Below the pieces are notes generated by a model. It was not told the DNA's origin and ran no database searches. It was given only the letters and a program-made list of their open reading frames with translations. Shown piece by piece: positions 52,200 through 61,576 of a stretch of DNA of 64,000 bases (position 1 is the first letter of the stretch; each line of letters starts with the position of its first letter). The position numbers and the translations under genes were made by a program. This stretch comes from Dimorphilus gyrociliatus (taxonomy: Eukaryota; Animalia; Annelida), in contig CAJFCJ010000059.1 of assembly GCA_904063045.1 (NCBI GenBank), forward strand, positions 77,763 to 141,762, read 5' to 3'.

Positions 52200-54062
52200 A
52201 TGATGAAAAAGCTTAGCCCAAAATTAGAAGCCACAGATAGGTATTTTTATCTTCTCCCAAAGATTCATAAGGAAAGGTGGACAATCCCTAATAGGATGCC
52301 ACCAGGGAGACCAGTTGTTTGTTACAGAGGGAGTGATTTACACCCTCTCTCCTGTTGGTTAGATGCTTGGCTACAACCATTGGCTATGGTGTGTAGAGCA
52401 TACACTAAAAATGCACAGGATATCTGCAGACACCTCTCCTCTATACATATAGAGGAGAATACAATTATACAAACTGCAGATGTAGATGCCCTATACCCTA
52501 GCATTGATCCTGATTGGGGACTACAATGCATAGCCAAACAACTGTACAACTGGCCAAAAGATAATAGACCAGATGAGGCTATCCTTAAACTTTTGCAGAT
52601 CTGCCTAAAAAGCAATGACTTTGTATTTGAAGGTGAAAGATACTTGCAAATAAAAGGCACTGCAATGGGAGTTAGCTTTAGTCCAGCTTATGCAAATATA
52701 GTCCTAGGGGTTTGGGAGGAGGATGTATATACCATCTACAAAGAACACCTATTAGTGTATAGAAGGTACATTGATGATATACTCATTGTGTGGAGAAAGG
52801 AGAGTAGTGATACTGTAGGAGAGGATGACAGGTTGAGAGAGTTCTGGAACTATCTTAACAACAGAAATGAGGGTATTAGTCTAACCAGATCTGAGGCTGG
52901 TAACACAACCATCTTTCTAGATTTGGAGATTCAACTCAATCCTCTAGTGTTCAAAACTCATTTTAAACCTACAGACAGTAGAAGACTACTTAACCCCAAG
53001 TCTGCACATCCCAAACACACCATTAAAGGAATTTTATTTGCACAAGCTCTTAGGTATCTCAGAAATTGCTCAAAAATTGATACAGCAAAGGGACAACTCA
53101 ATGATCTTAGGAATTTAAACAAAGATCTGGGCTATACCAAATCAATGTTCAAAGAGGCATGGCTAAAAGCCACTAAGAGGATTGAAATTGAGAGGCAAGA
53201 ATTTGAAGGTATGAAACCATGCAATGGTAGGAGATGCCTAGTGTGTCTGAAGGTTAGGAAAACTAACACATGGCAATCAACTGGCAGCAACCAATGGTTC
53301 AGAGTCAAGGGAGACTTTGACTGTACCTCTAGTTGGATAATTTACATTATCCAATGTACCCTATGTGAAATACAGTATGTGGGTCTTACCACTAGAACTC
53401 TAAGAGATAGGATCAACAACCATAAAGGGGATGTGAGGAATGGATCCAATAAATTGGTCTCTGATCATTTTCGAAAACATGGAATAGATCAGATGACTTA
53501 CTGGGTCTGTGATTCCATTCCTGAGGAAGATCCTAACAGAGAGAAGACCCTACAGACTTTGGAAGCAAGGTACATCAAAGAGGCTAACACAGTTACTCCG
53601 TATGGCTTAAATGAGGATCATGGTTGCTACAGTACTACTATAGTACCACTGGTTGTCTACCATCCAAGTCCTTGGTATAAATTAAATAGAATACTCAAGG
53701 ACCACTGGAGTGCTCTTAATGATGACAGTCCATTGAAAGCGATTAGGCCTATTATTGCCTTGAAACTGGGGAGATCATTGGGTAGCCTTATAGTAAAGGG
53801 AAGAACTGAAGGTCCACCTCAAGAGGATAATACCAACACTCTGAATCTATTAGAATGTTGGCCATCCCCATGGTGGCATATTAAAACAGTCTTCAATAAA
53901 CCACAAAACAAATTCTCTATTGTGAATAACATAGAGAGCCTGGACAACAGCAATGACACAATTCTCACCATGGCCAATAGCTGGGTGGGGGATGATCAGG
54001 ATAGTAGTTTTGCAGGTATTAATCTCCTATTGGAGATACAGAGAGAAATTGACAGTGAATGA
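52200..54062 (+). CDS. PLE RT + GIY-YIG endonuclease, 5'-truncated copy 1
   Basis: Identical to residues 235-854 of 57028..59592. Confidence 0.9.
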   Translation: MMKKLSPKLEATDRYFYLLPKIHKERWTIPNRMPPGRPVVCYRGSDLHPLSCWLDAWLQPLAMVCRAYTKNAQDICRHLSSIHIEENTIIQTADVDALYPSIDPDWGLQCIAKQLYNWPKDNRPDEAILKLLQICLKSNDFVFEGERYLQIKGTAMGVSFSPAYANIVLGVWEEDVYTIYKEHLLVYRRYIDDILIVWRKESSDTVGEDDRLREFWNYLNNRNEGISLTRSEAGNTTIFLDLEIQLNPLVFKTHFKPTDSRRLLNPKSAHPKHTIKGILFAQALRYLRNCSKIDTAKGQLNDLRNLNKDLGYTKSMFKEAWLKATKRIEIERQEFEGMKPCNGRRCLVCLKVRKTNTWQSTGSNQWFRVKGDFDCTSSWIIYIIQCTLCEIQYVGLTTRTLRDRINNHKGDVRNGSNKLVSDHFRKHGIDQMTYWVCDSIPEEDPNREKTLQTLEARYIKEANTVTPYGLNEDHGCYSTTIVPLVVYHPSPWYKLNRILKDHWSALNDDSPLKAIRPIIALKLGRSLGSLIVKGRTEGPPQEDNTNTLNLLECWPSPWWHIKTVFNKPQNKFSIVNNIESLDNSNDTILTMANSWVGDDQDSSFAGINLLLEIQREIDSE

Positions 54063-56047
54063 AAATTAATAGGGCTAGTTATTGGCTGAGTAAGGATTGA
54101 ACACCTCTTTAATGGGGAACAGGTTGTGGTAGTTGGCAGTGAACAAACAGTTCCCCAACAAAAACACCACATCTGGTTCTTATATCCTAACCCTAAGCTA
54201 TAGCCCCCTAAAAAGATACAAATTAGTGAAACTTTACAACTAACCCTAACCTAAGATAATGGAACCAACACTTAACTCAGCAGAGAAGAAGGTACAGACT
54301 GGACAGACATGGGACCTGTTCTGAACAATTGTTAAATAATAAAAAATGGGGCAATTTGTGGGGAGACACCTCTCTATGAGAGAACAGATGGTTGACAGTT
54401 GGCAGTGAACAAAAGTTCCCCAACAAAAGGTCCCTTCTGGTTTCCCAATCAACACAAAGACAACCCATTGACAATCATACATGAGCAGTCTAATGTAACC
54501 ATAACCTCTACCTTCAACCATCTCTCAGTGTATTCCTTACATACAGGAACAAGTGTGTCTGATATATATAAGGGGTTGAAAATTTAACATGGGTCTACAG
54601 ACCTTATGCTACATAGTACCCTAAGGATATATATATCAATGAGTTAGTTTTGATCCAAAAAAATCAGTGATGTGACAAAAATGTCCCAAATCTGGGCCGT
54701 TTAGGAGTTTCGTTATGCGTCATCCTAGACGTTTCAATTTTGTTGGAGGTGATAGAGCTCGAAAAGAGCTTTTCACTGATATGCTACACGACCATGTAGC
54801 TCTTACGGTTCAGGAGTGGCTGAGCTTCGAAAATCGAAAATTTTCCGAGTTCGGGTAGAAAAATAAAAATCTTTTTTTCTATCTTTCCGACGTAGGGGCA
54901 AGCTTGGATTCAAGTTTGAAAGCAATCCGACGATTTTGAAAAATTGGCCTTCACTGAGGCTCTGGACTTGTAAAGATTTCGCGAAAATCATTAATTTTCT
55001 AAGTTCATTGTCATGTTAATTACCTGTAAAAACGTTACATTCGCCTGGGTACTTAGAAAGATTTTGGAAAAAATATTTTCCGAAAATATTCTAAGTCCAG
55101 CCTAACACAGTGTTAGGTTTTGGACTTAGAAAAATTTCGACTGAAAAAAAGTCGATAAATTTTTCAAAAATATTCTAAGTCCAAATTGGAGGTGAAATCA
55201 CCCCTTATCTTAGATTCAGTTATATTTCATGGTGCGGTAATGAATAGGGCTCTGGACCGCCCCATGCAAATAGGATTGGCCATATATGTACAGAGGAAGG
55301 AACATAGAATTGAATCTAGGTCTTCTTCTGTTACATTTTATGAAAAGTGACTTACCTGATTGTTATACCTGCGATTTTTGAAAGGTTACCCTCTAATTAC
55401 TATAGAACGTAGGGTCGAGATACTGGTAATAGAGTCTAAGGCTGCCAGTCAGCCATCCTCACCTACCACCGTTAACTTCAAAGCTCCATAGCTCCGCAAC
55501 CGCTGGGCCGATTTCGTTCAAATTTTGCACAGTTGCTCAGTTCAATTAGATCTAGCACTGTGTAAAATTTCATAACGATCGGAGCAAGTTGAAATTTCAA
55601 CTTTCGTCAGTGGTCGACTTGCTTTACTGACCACCAAATAGGTGATTTGTTGCGAGATAAAGTGTGGGATTGACCCAGTACCTATCCTAAGGTATAGTAA
55701 GCCTCTCAGAGATCAGTCTGGTGGCAATCTAACCAGCCACTTTTCCCCTCTCACTTGATAAAGGAGGAATACCTCCGAAATATTGTGAGTTTTAATCTGG
55801 TGACATTTTGTTAGTTGCTAAATACAGGTTCTCTTCACCCTTGTGGAGAATTTGTAAGTGGTTTCGTTGGAGATACAGTTACAGCTTAGGCTGGGGAATT
55901 GCTACTCAAGATAGCAACTCCTCAACAGCTACACCAACCCCTAGCCAAAGCTTGGTTATAAGTGTGAGTGCACTTTTGGGATTACCAGTCTGTACTGATT
56001 GTGCTAATCCCTAACCCCAAGACCTAACCCAGCCAGAACCTTTAACC

Positions 56048-57019
56048 ATGGCAGAGGGAAGTGGTGATGCTAATGCTACATCCAACAACAACCAACCAAG
56101 TACCAGTGGCAACACTGGAAAACACTATAAAGGCAAATTGGATGGAGTAAACAAACAATTGGTTAACTCCATATTTGGCTTATACAGGATGAGACATCAT
56201 CCAAATAGTATGGCCAACAGTAACCCCTTTCAAAAGAAGGTAGAAGGCCTTCTTAAAGATATCCACCCTGCAGGTGGGCCATTACCCAAAGAGAGACAGG
56301 ATATCCTTGTCCAACAAGGTAAAGAATTGGCCAACACCATTAGAGAGCAACTCCTGCAGGAGTACAAGGTAAGAGGGGAGTCAGCACAAAACTCTGTGCA
56401 AACTCTATCCTCTAAAATAACTGGCAACTTACAAACTCTTGTTGGGATAGCCTTAAAATATTGCCAAATGAGGTTTAAAAGAAAGTTCCAAGAAGATACT
56501 TGGAAAGACATTCTTAAAGAATTAAACCTTCCTTGCAATGATGAAGGAGTAACCAATAAGAAAAGGAGAAGAGTAAGTAGTCAGGAAGGAGGAGGAGAAC
56601 AAAGGAAGGAGAAAAAGAGTAAAAACAAAAAGAGGAAGACCAAGAACAAAGGGGGTCAACCCCCTAAGTCTGAGTCTTCTTCTAGGAATCCTTCAGCACC
56701 CCCTCAATGCCAAACTACAGAAGAGGATATCAAAAAGATTGTTAAAGATAGTCTAGGCGAAGAATTAGCCAAACTAAAAGTAGAGATGATGGACATGTTA
56801 AAAAGTACACTGGCTGGACAAGGTAGTGGTAGTAATACTCCATCCACAAATCATGGTGATACTACACCAGTGGTGGAGAAAATACAAATCCAGACCAGGT
56901 CCCAGGCAGTTGCTAACAAGTCCAGCAGATCTCTATCTGAATCTTCCTCCAGTACTGTCAACAAAACAGGAAGGAGGAATTTAAACAATCTAGAAAGGGG
57001 AAAACCCAAGCCAAAATAG
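56048..57019 (+). CDS. PLE ORF1, 323 aa, basic/low-complexity protein with a Lys-rich NLS-like stretch
   Basis: ATG-initiated open frame repeated in copy 3 (61577...); NKKRRRV and RKEKKSKNKKRKTKNK; no recognisable family. Confidence 0.75.
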   Translation: MAEGSGDANATSNNNQPSTSGNTGKHYKGKLDGVNKQLVNSIFGLYRMRHHPNSMANSNPFQKKVEGLLKDIHPAGGPLPKERQDILVQQGKELANTIREQLLQEYKVRGESAQNSVQTLSSKITGNLQTLVGIALKYCQMRFKRKFQEDTWKDILKELNLPCNDEGVTNKKRRRVSSQEGGGEQRKEKKSKNKKRKTKNKGGQPPKSESSSRNPSAPPQCQTTEEDIKKIVKDSLGEELAKLKVEMMDMLKSTLAGQGSGSNTPSTNHGDTTPVVEKIQIQTRSQAVANKSSRSLSESSSSTVNKTGRRNLNNLERGKPKPK

Positions 57020-57027
57020 ATAGGAAC

Positions 57028-59592
57028 TTGGAGCACTCTAACAATTGTGCCAATCCAGTTCATTTGTACAGCAATGACTATAATGGTATTAATCATAGCA
57101 TAGATAGTAGAGATAGTTTGCTTTTAAACTATTCAGATTGGAATGTTCCTGATCCAGTCATTCAGACCTTGAATAAAGGTCTGAAATACATTAATATTGA
57201 TTACAAATCCACCAGGAAACAGTGGATCACTAAGAATTGGAAAGAGGGATTAGCATCCTTCCTACATAGACTAGTGAAACACAAAGATGTGGGTCCCTTT
57301 ACTTATAGGGTAAACCCCTTTGCTAAAGTGAGTCAAACTGACAAGACCATTATAAAGGAAGATCCTCCAATAGATGGAGAAGATACCCCAGTATGGAATG
57401 ATTTCAAGAATAACATATGGAATAAAGGTTGTGAAACCATAAATGGGTTGAGTGAAAGGTATGGCTACCTTCACCAAAATGGTCCTAGTTCAAGATTTCA
57501 AACATCTGTTGAAACAGTCTGCAACAAAGATGATATCATCATTAAACCTGCAGACAAAGGCAACAATATTGTTATCTTGAACAAAAGAGACTATTTAATA
57601 GAGGCCAACAGACAACTGTCTGATAACAACACCTACAAAAAGGTCTCCTTTCCCATTTCAAAATCCAGACATTCTGAAATCATCTCCATCCTCTCCAACC
57701 TCAACAAGGAGGACTTCCTTACAAATAGGATGATGAAAAAGCTTAGCCCAAAATTAGAAGCCACAGATAGGTATTTTTATCTTCTCCCAAAGATTCATAA
57801 GGAAAGGTGGACAATCCCTAATAGGATGCCACCAGGGAGACCAGTTGTTTGTTACAGAGGGAGTGATTTACACCCTCTCTCCTGTTGGTTAGATGCTTGG
57901 CTACAACCATTGGCTATGGTGTGTAGAGCATACACTAAAAATGCACAGGATATCTGCAGACACCTCTCCTCTATACATATAGAGGAGAATACAATTATAC
58001 AAACTGCAGATGTAGATGCCCTATACCCTAGCATTGATCCTGATTGGGGACTACAATGCATAGCCAAACAACTGTACAACTGGCCAAAAGATAATAGACC
58101 AGATGAGGCTATCCTTAAACTTTTGCAGATCTGCCTAAAAAGCAATGACTTTGTATTTGAAGGTGAAAGATACTTGCAAATAAAAGGCACTGCAATGGGA
58201 GTTAGCTTTAGTCCAGCTTATGCAAATATAGTCCTAGGGGTTTGGGAGGAGGATGTATATACCATCTACAAAGAACACCTATTAGTGTATAGAAGGTACA
58301 TTGATGATATACTCATTGTGTGGAGAAAGGAGAGTAGTGATACTGTAGGAGAGGATGACAGGTTGAGAGAGTTCTGGAACTATCTTAACAACAGAAATGA
58401 GGGTATTAGTCTAACCAGATCTGAGGCTGGTAACACAACCATCTTTCTAGATTTGGAGATTCAACTCAATCCTCTAGTGTTCAAAACTCATTTTAAACCT
58501 ACAGACAGTAGAAGACTACTTAACCCCAAGTCTGCACATCCCAAACACACCATTAAAGGAATTTTATTTGCACAAGCTCTTAGGTATCTCAGAAATTGCT
58601 CAAAAATTGATACAGCAAAGGGACAACTCAATGATCTTAGGAATTTAAACAAAGATCTGGGCTATACCAAATCAATGTTCAAAGAGGCATGGCTAAAAGC
58701 CACTAAGAGGATTGAAATTGAGAGGCAAGAATTTGAAGGTATGAAACCATGCAATGGTAGGAGATGCCTAGTGTGTCTGAAGGTTAGGAAAACTAACACA
58801 TGGCAATCAACTGGCAGCAACCAATGGTTCAGAGTCAAGGGAGACTTTGACTGTACCTCTAGTTGGATAATTTACATTATCCAATGTACCCTATGTGAAA
58901 TACAGTATGTGGGTCTTACCACTAGAACTCTAAGAGATAGGATCAACAACCATAAAGGGGATGTGAGGAATGGATCCAATAAATTGGTCTCTGATCATTT
59001 TCGAAAACATGGAATAGATCAGATGACTTACTGGGTCTGTGATTCCATTCCTGAGGAAGATCCTAACAGAGAGAAGACCCTACAGACTTTGGAAGCAAGG
59101 TACATCAAAGAGGCTAACACAGTTACTCCGTATGGCTTAAATGAGGATCATGGTTGCTACAGTACTACTATAGTACCACTGGTTGTCTACCATCCAAGTC
59201 CTTGGTATAAATTAAATAGAATACTCAAGGACCACTGGAGTGCTCTTAATGATGACAGTCCATTGAAAGCGATTAGGCCTATTATTGCCTTGAAACTGGG
59301 GAGATCATTGGGTAGCCTTATAGTAAAGGGAAGAACTGAAGGTCCACCTCAAGAGGATAATACCAACACTCTGAATCTATTAGAATGTTGGCCATCCCCA
59401 TGGTGGCATATTAAAACAGTCTTCAATAAACCACAAAACAAATTCTCTATTGTGAATAACATAGAGAGCCTGGACAACAGCAATGACACAATTCTCACCA
59501 TGGCCAATAGCTGGGTGGGGGATGATCAGGATAGTAGTTTTGCAGGTATTAATCTCCTATTGGAGATACAGAGAGAAATTGACAGTGAATGA
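57028..59592 (+). CDS. PLE ORF2: N-terminal region, RT, Zn-finger + GIY-YIG EN, displaced linker segment, C-terminal tail
   Basis: LNKGLKY; IIIKPADKGNNIV; YLLPKIHK...PGRPVV; TADVDALYPSI; LQIKGTAMG; YRRYIDDIL; HFKPTD...HPKH; KPCNGRRCLVC; CTSSWIIYIIQCTLCEIQYVGLT..LRDRINNH; HF..H; GLNED. The frame is open from 56941 but its first ATG is at 57730. Confidence 0.95.
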   Translation: MEHSNNCANPVHLYSNDYNGINHSIDSRDSLLLNYSDWNVPDPVIQTLNKGLKYINIDYKSTRKQWITKNWKEGLASFLHRLVKHKDVGPFTYRVNPFAKVSQTDKTIIKEDPPIDGEDTPVWNDFKNNIWNKGCETINGLSERYGYLHQNGPSSRFQTSVETVCNKDDIIIKPADKGNNIVILNKRDYLIEANRQLSDNNTYKKVSFPISKSRHSEIISILSNLNKEDFLTNRMMKKLSPKLEATDRYFYLLPKIHKERWTIPNRMPPGRPVVCYRGSDLHPLSCWLDAWLQPLAMVCRAYTKNAQDICRHLSSIHIEENTIIQTADVDALYPSIDPDWGLQCIAKQLYNWPKDNRPDEAILKLLQICLKSNDFVFEGERYLQIKGTAMGVSFSPAYANIVLGVWEEDVYTIYKEHLLVYRRYIDDILIVWRKESSDTVGEDDRLREFWNYLNNRNEGISLTRSEAGNTTIFLDLEIQLNPLVFKTHFKPTDSRRLLNPKSAHPKHTIKGILFAQALRYLRNCSKIDTAKGQLNDLRNLNKDLGYTKSMFKEAWLKATKRIEIERQEFEGMKPCNGRRCLVCLKVRKTNTWQSTGSNQWFRVKGDFDCTSSWIIYIIQCTLCEIQYVGLTTRTLRDRINNHKGDVRNGSNKLVSDHFRKHGIDQMTYWVCDSIPEEDPNREKTLQTLEARYIKEANTVTPYGLNEDHGCYSTTIVPLVVYHPSPWYKLNRILKDHWSALNDDSPLKAIRPIIALKLGRSLGSLIVKGRTEGPPQEDNTNTLNLLECWPSPWWHIKTVFNKPQNKFSIVNNIESLDNSNDTILTMANSWVGDDQDSSFAGINLLLEIQREIDSE

Positions 59593-61576
59593 AAATTAAT
59601 AGGGCTAGTTATTGGCTGAGTAAGGATTGAACACCTCTTTAATGGGGAACAGGTTGTGGTAGTTGGCAGTGAACAAACAGTTCCCCAACAAAAACACCAC
59701 ATCTGGTTCTTATATCCTAACCCTAAGCTATAGCCCCCTAAAAAGATACAAATTAGTGAAACTTTACAACTAACCCTAACCTAAGATAATGGAACCAACA
59801 CTTAACTCAGCAGAGAAGAAGGTACAGACTGGACAGACATGGGACCTGTTCTGAACAATTGTTAAATAATAAAAAATGGGGCAATTTGTGGGGAGACACC
59901 TCTCTATGAGAGAACAGATGGTTGACAGTTGGCAGTGAACAAAAGTTCCCCAACAAAAGGTCCCTTCTGGTTTCCCAATCAACACAAAGACAACCCATTG
60001 ACAATCATACATGAGCAGTCTAATGTAACCATAACCTCTACCTTCAACCATCTCTCAGTGTATTCCTTACATACAGGAACAAGTGTGTCTGATATATATA
60101 AGGGGTTGAAAATTTAACATGGGTCTACAGACCTTATGCTACATAGTACCCTAAGGATATATATATCAATGAGTTAGTTTTGATCCAAAAAAATCAGTGA
60201 TGTGACAAAAATGTCCCAAATCTGGGCCGTTTAGGAGTTTCGTTATGCGTCATCCTAGACGTTTCAATTTTGTTGGAGGTGATAGAGCTCGAAAAGAGCT
60301 TTTCACTGATATGCTACACGACCATGTAGCTCTTACGGTTCAGGAGTGGCTGAGCTTCGAAAATCGAAAATTTTCCGAGTTCGGGTAGAAAAATAAAAAT
60401 CTTTTTTTCTATCTTTCCGACGTAGGGGCAAGCTTGGATTCAAGTTTGAAAGCAATCCGACGATTTTGAAAAATTGGCCTTCACTGAGGCTCTGGACTTG
60501 TAAAGATTTCGCGAAAATCATTAATTTTCTAAGTTCATTGTCATGTTAATTACCTGTAAAAACGTTACATTCGCCTGGGTACTTAGAAAGATTTTGGAAA
60601 AAATATTTTCCGAAAATATTCTAAGTCCAGCCTAACACAGTGTTAGGTTTTGGACTTAGAAAAATTTCGACTGAAAAAAAGTCGATAAATTTTTCAAAAA
60701 TATTCTAAGTCCAAATTGGAGGTGAAATCACCCCTTATCTTAGATTCAGTTATATTTCATGGTGCGGTAATGAATAGGGCTCTGGACCGCCCCATGCAAA
60801 TAGGATTGGCCATATATGTACAGAGGAAGGAACATAGAATTGAATCTAGGTCTTCTTCTGTTACATTTTATGAAAAGTGACTTACCTGATTGTTATACCT
60901 GCGATTTTTGAAAGGTTACCCTCTAATTACTATAGAACGTAGGGTCGAGATACTGGTAATAGAGTCTAAGGCTGCCAGTCAGCCATCCTCACCTACCACC
61001 GTTAACTTCAAAGCTCCATAGCTCCGCAACCGCTGGGCCGATTTCGTTCAAATTTTGCACAGTTGCTCAGTTCAATTAGATCTAGCACTGTGTAAAATTT
61101 CATAACGATCGGAGCAAGTTGAAATTTCAACTTTCGTCAGTGGTCGACTTGCTTTACTGACCACCAAATAGGTGATTTGTTGCGAGATAAAGTGTGGGAT
61201 TGACCCAGTACCTATCCTAAGGTATAGTAAGCCTCTCAGAGATCAGTCTGGTGGCAATCTAACCAGCCACTTTTCCCCTCTCACTTGATAAAGGAGGAAT
61301 ACCTCCGAAATATTGTGAGTTTTAATCTGGTGACATTTTGTTAGTTGCTAAATACAGGTTCTCTTCACCCTTGTGGAGAATTTGTAAGTGGTTTCGTTGG
61401 AGATACAGTTACAGCTTAGGCTGGGGAATTGCTACTCAAGATAGCAACTCCTCAACAGCTACACCAACCCTAGCCAAAGCTTGGTTATAAGTGTGAGTGC
61501 ACTTTTGGGATTACCAGTCTGTACTGATTGTGCTAATCCCTAACCCCAAGACCTAACCCAGCCAGAACCTTTAACC

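Noticed and set aside
55560-55640. CUGACGA on the minus strand of the PLE UTR as a hammerhead core
   Set aside because: The following hairpin is not closed by GAAA, and no stem III/UH or stem I can be formed; a by-eye scan found no canonical hammerhead in the PLE unit.
52322-60521. Antisense and short UTR ORFs in PLE copies (e.g. 52322, 54246, 54399, 56230, 57852)
   Set aside because: Shadow frames duplicated only because the unit is duplicated; no independent coding evidence.
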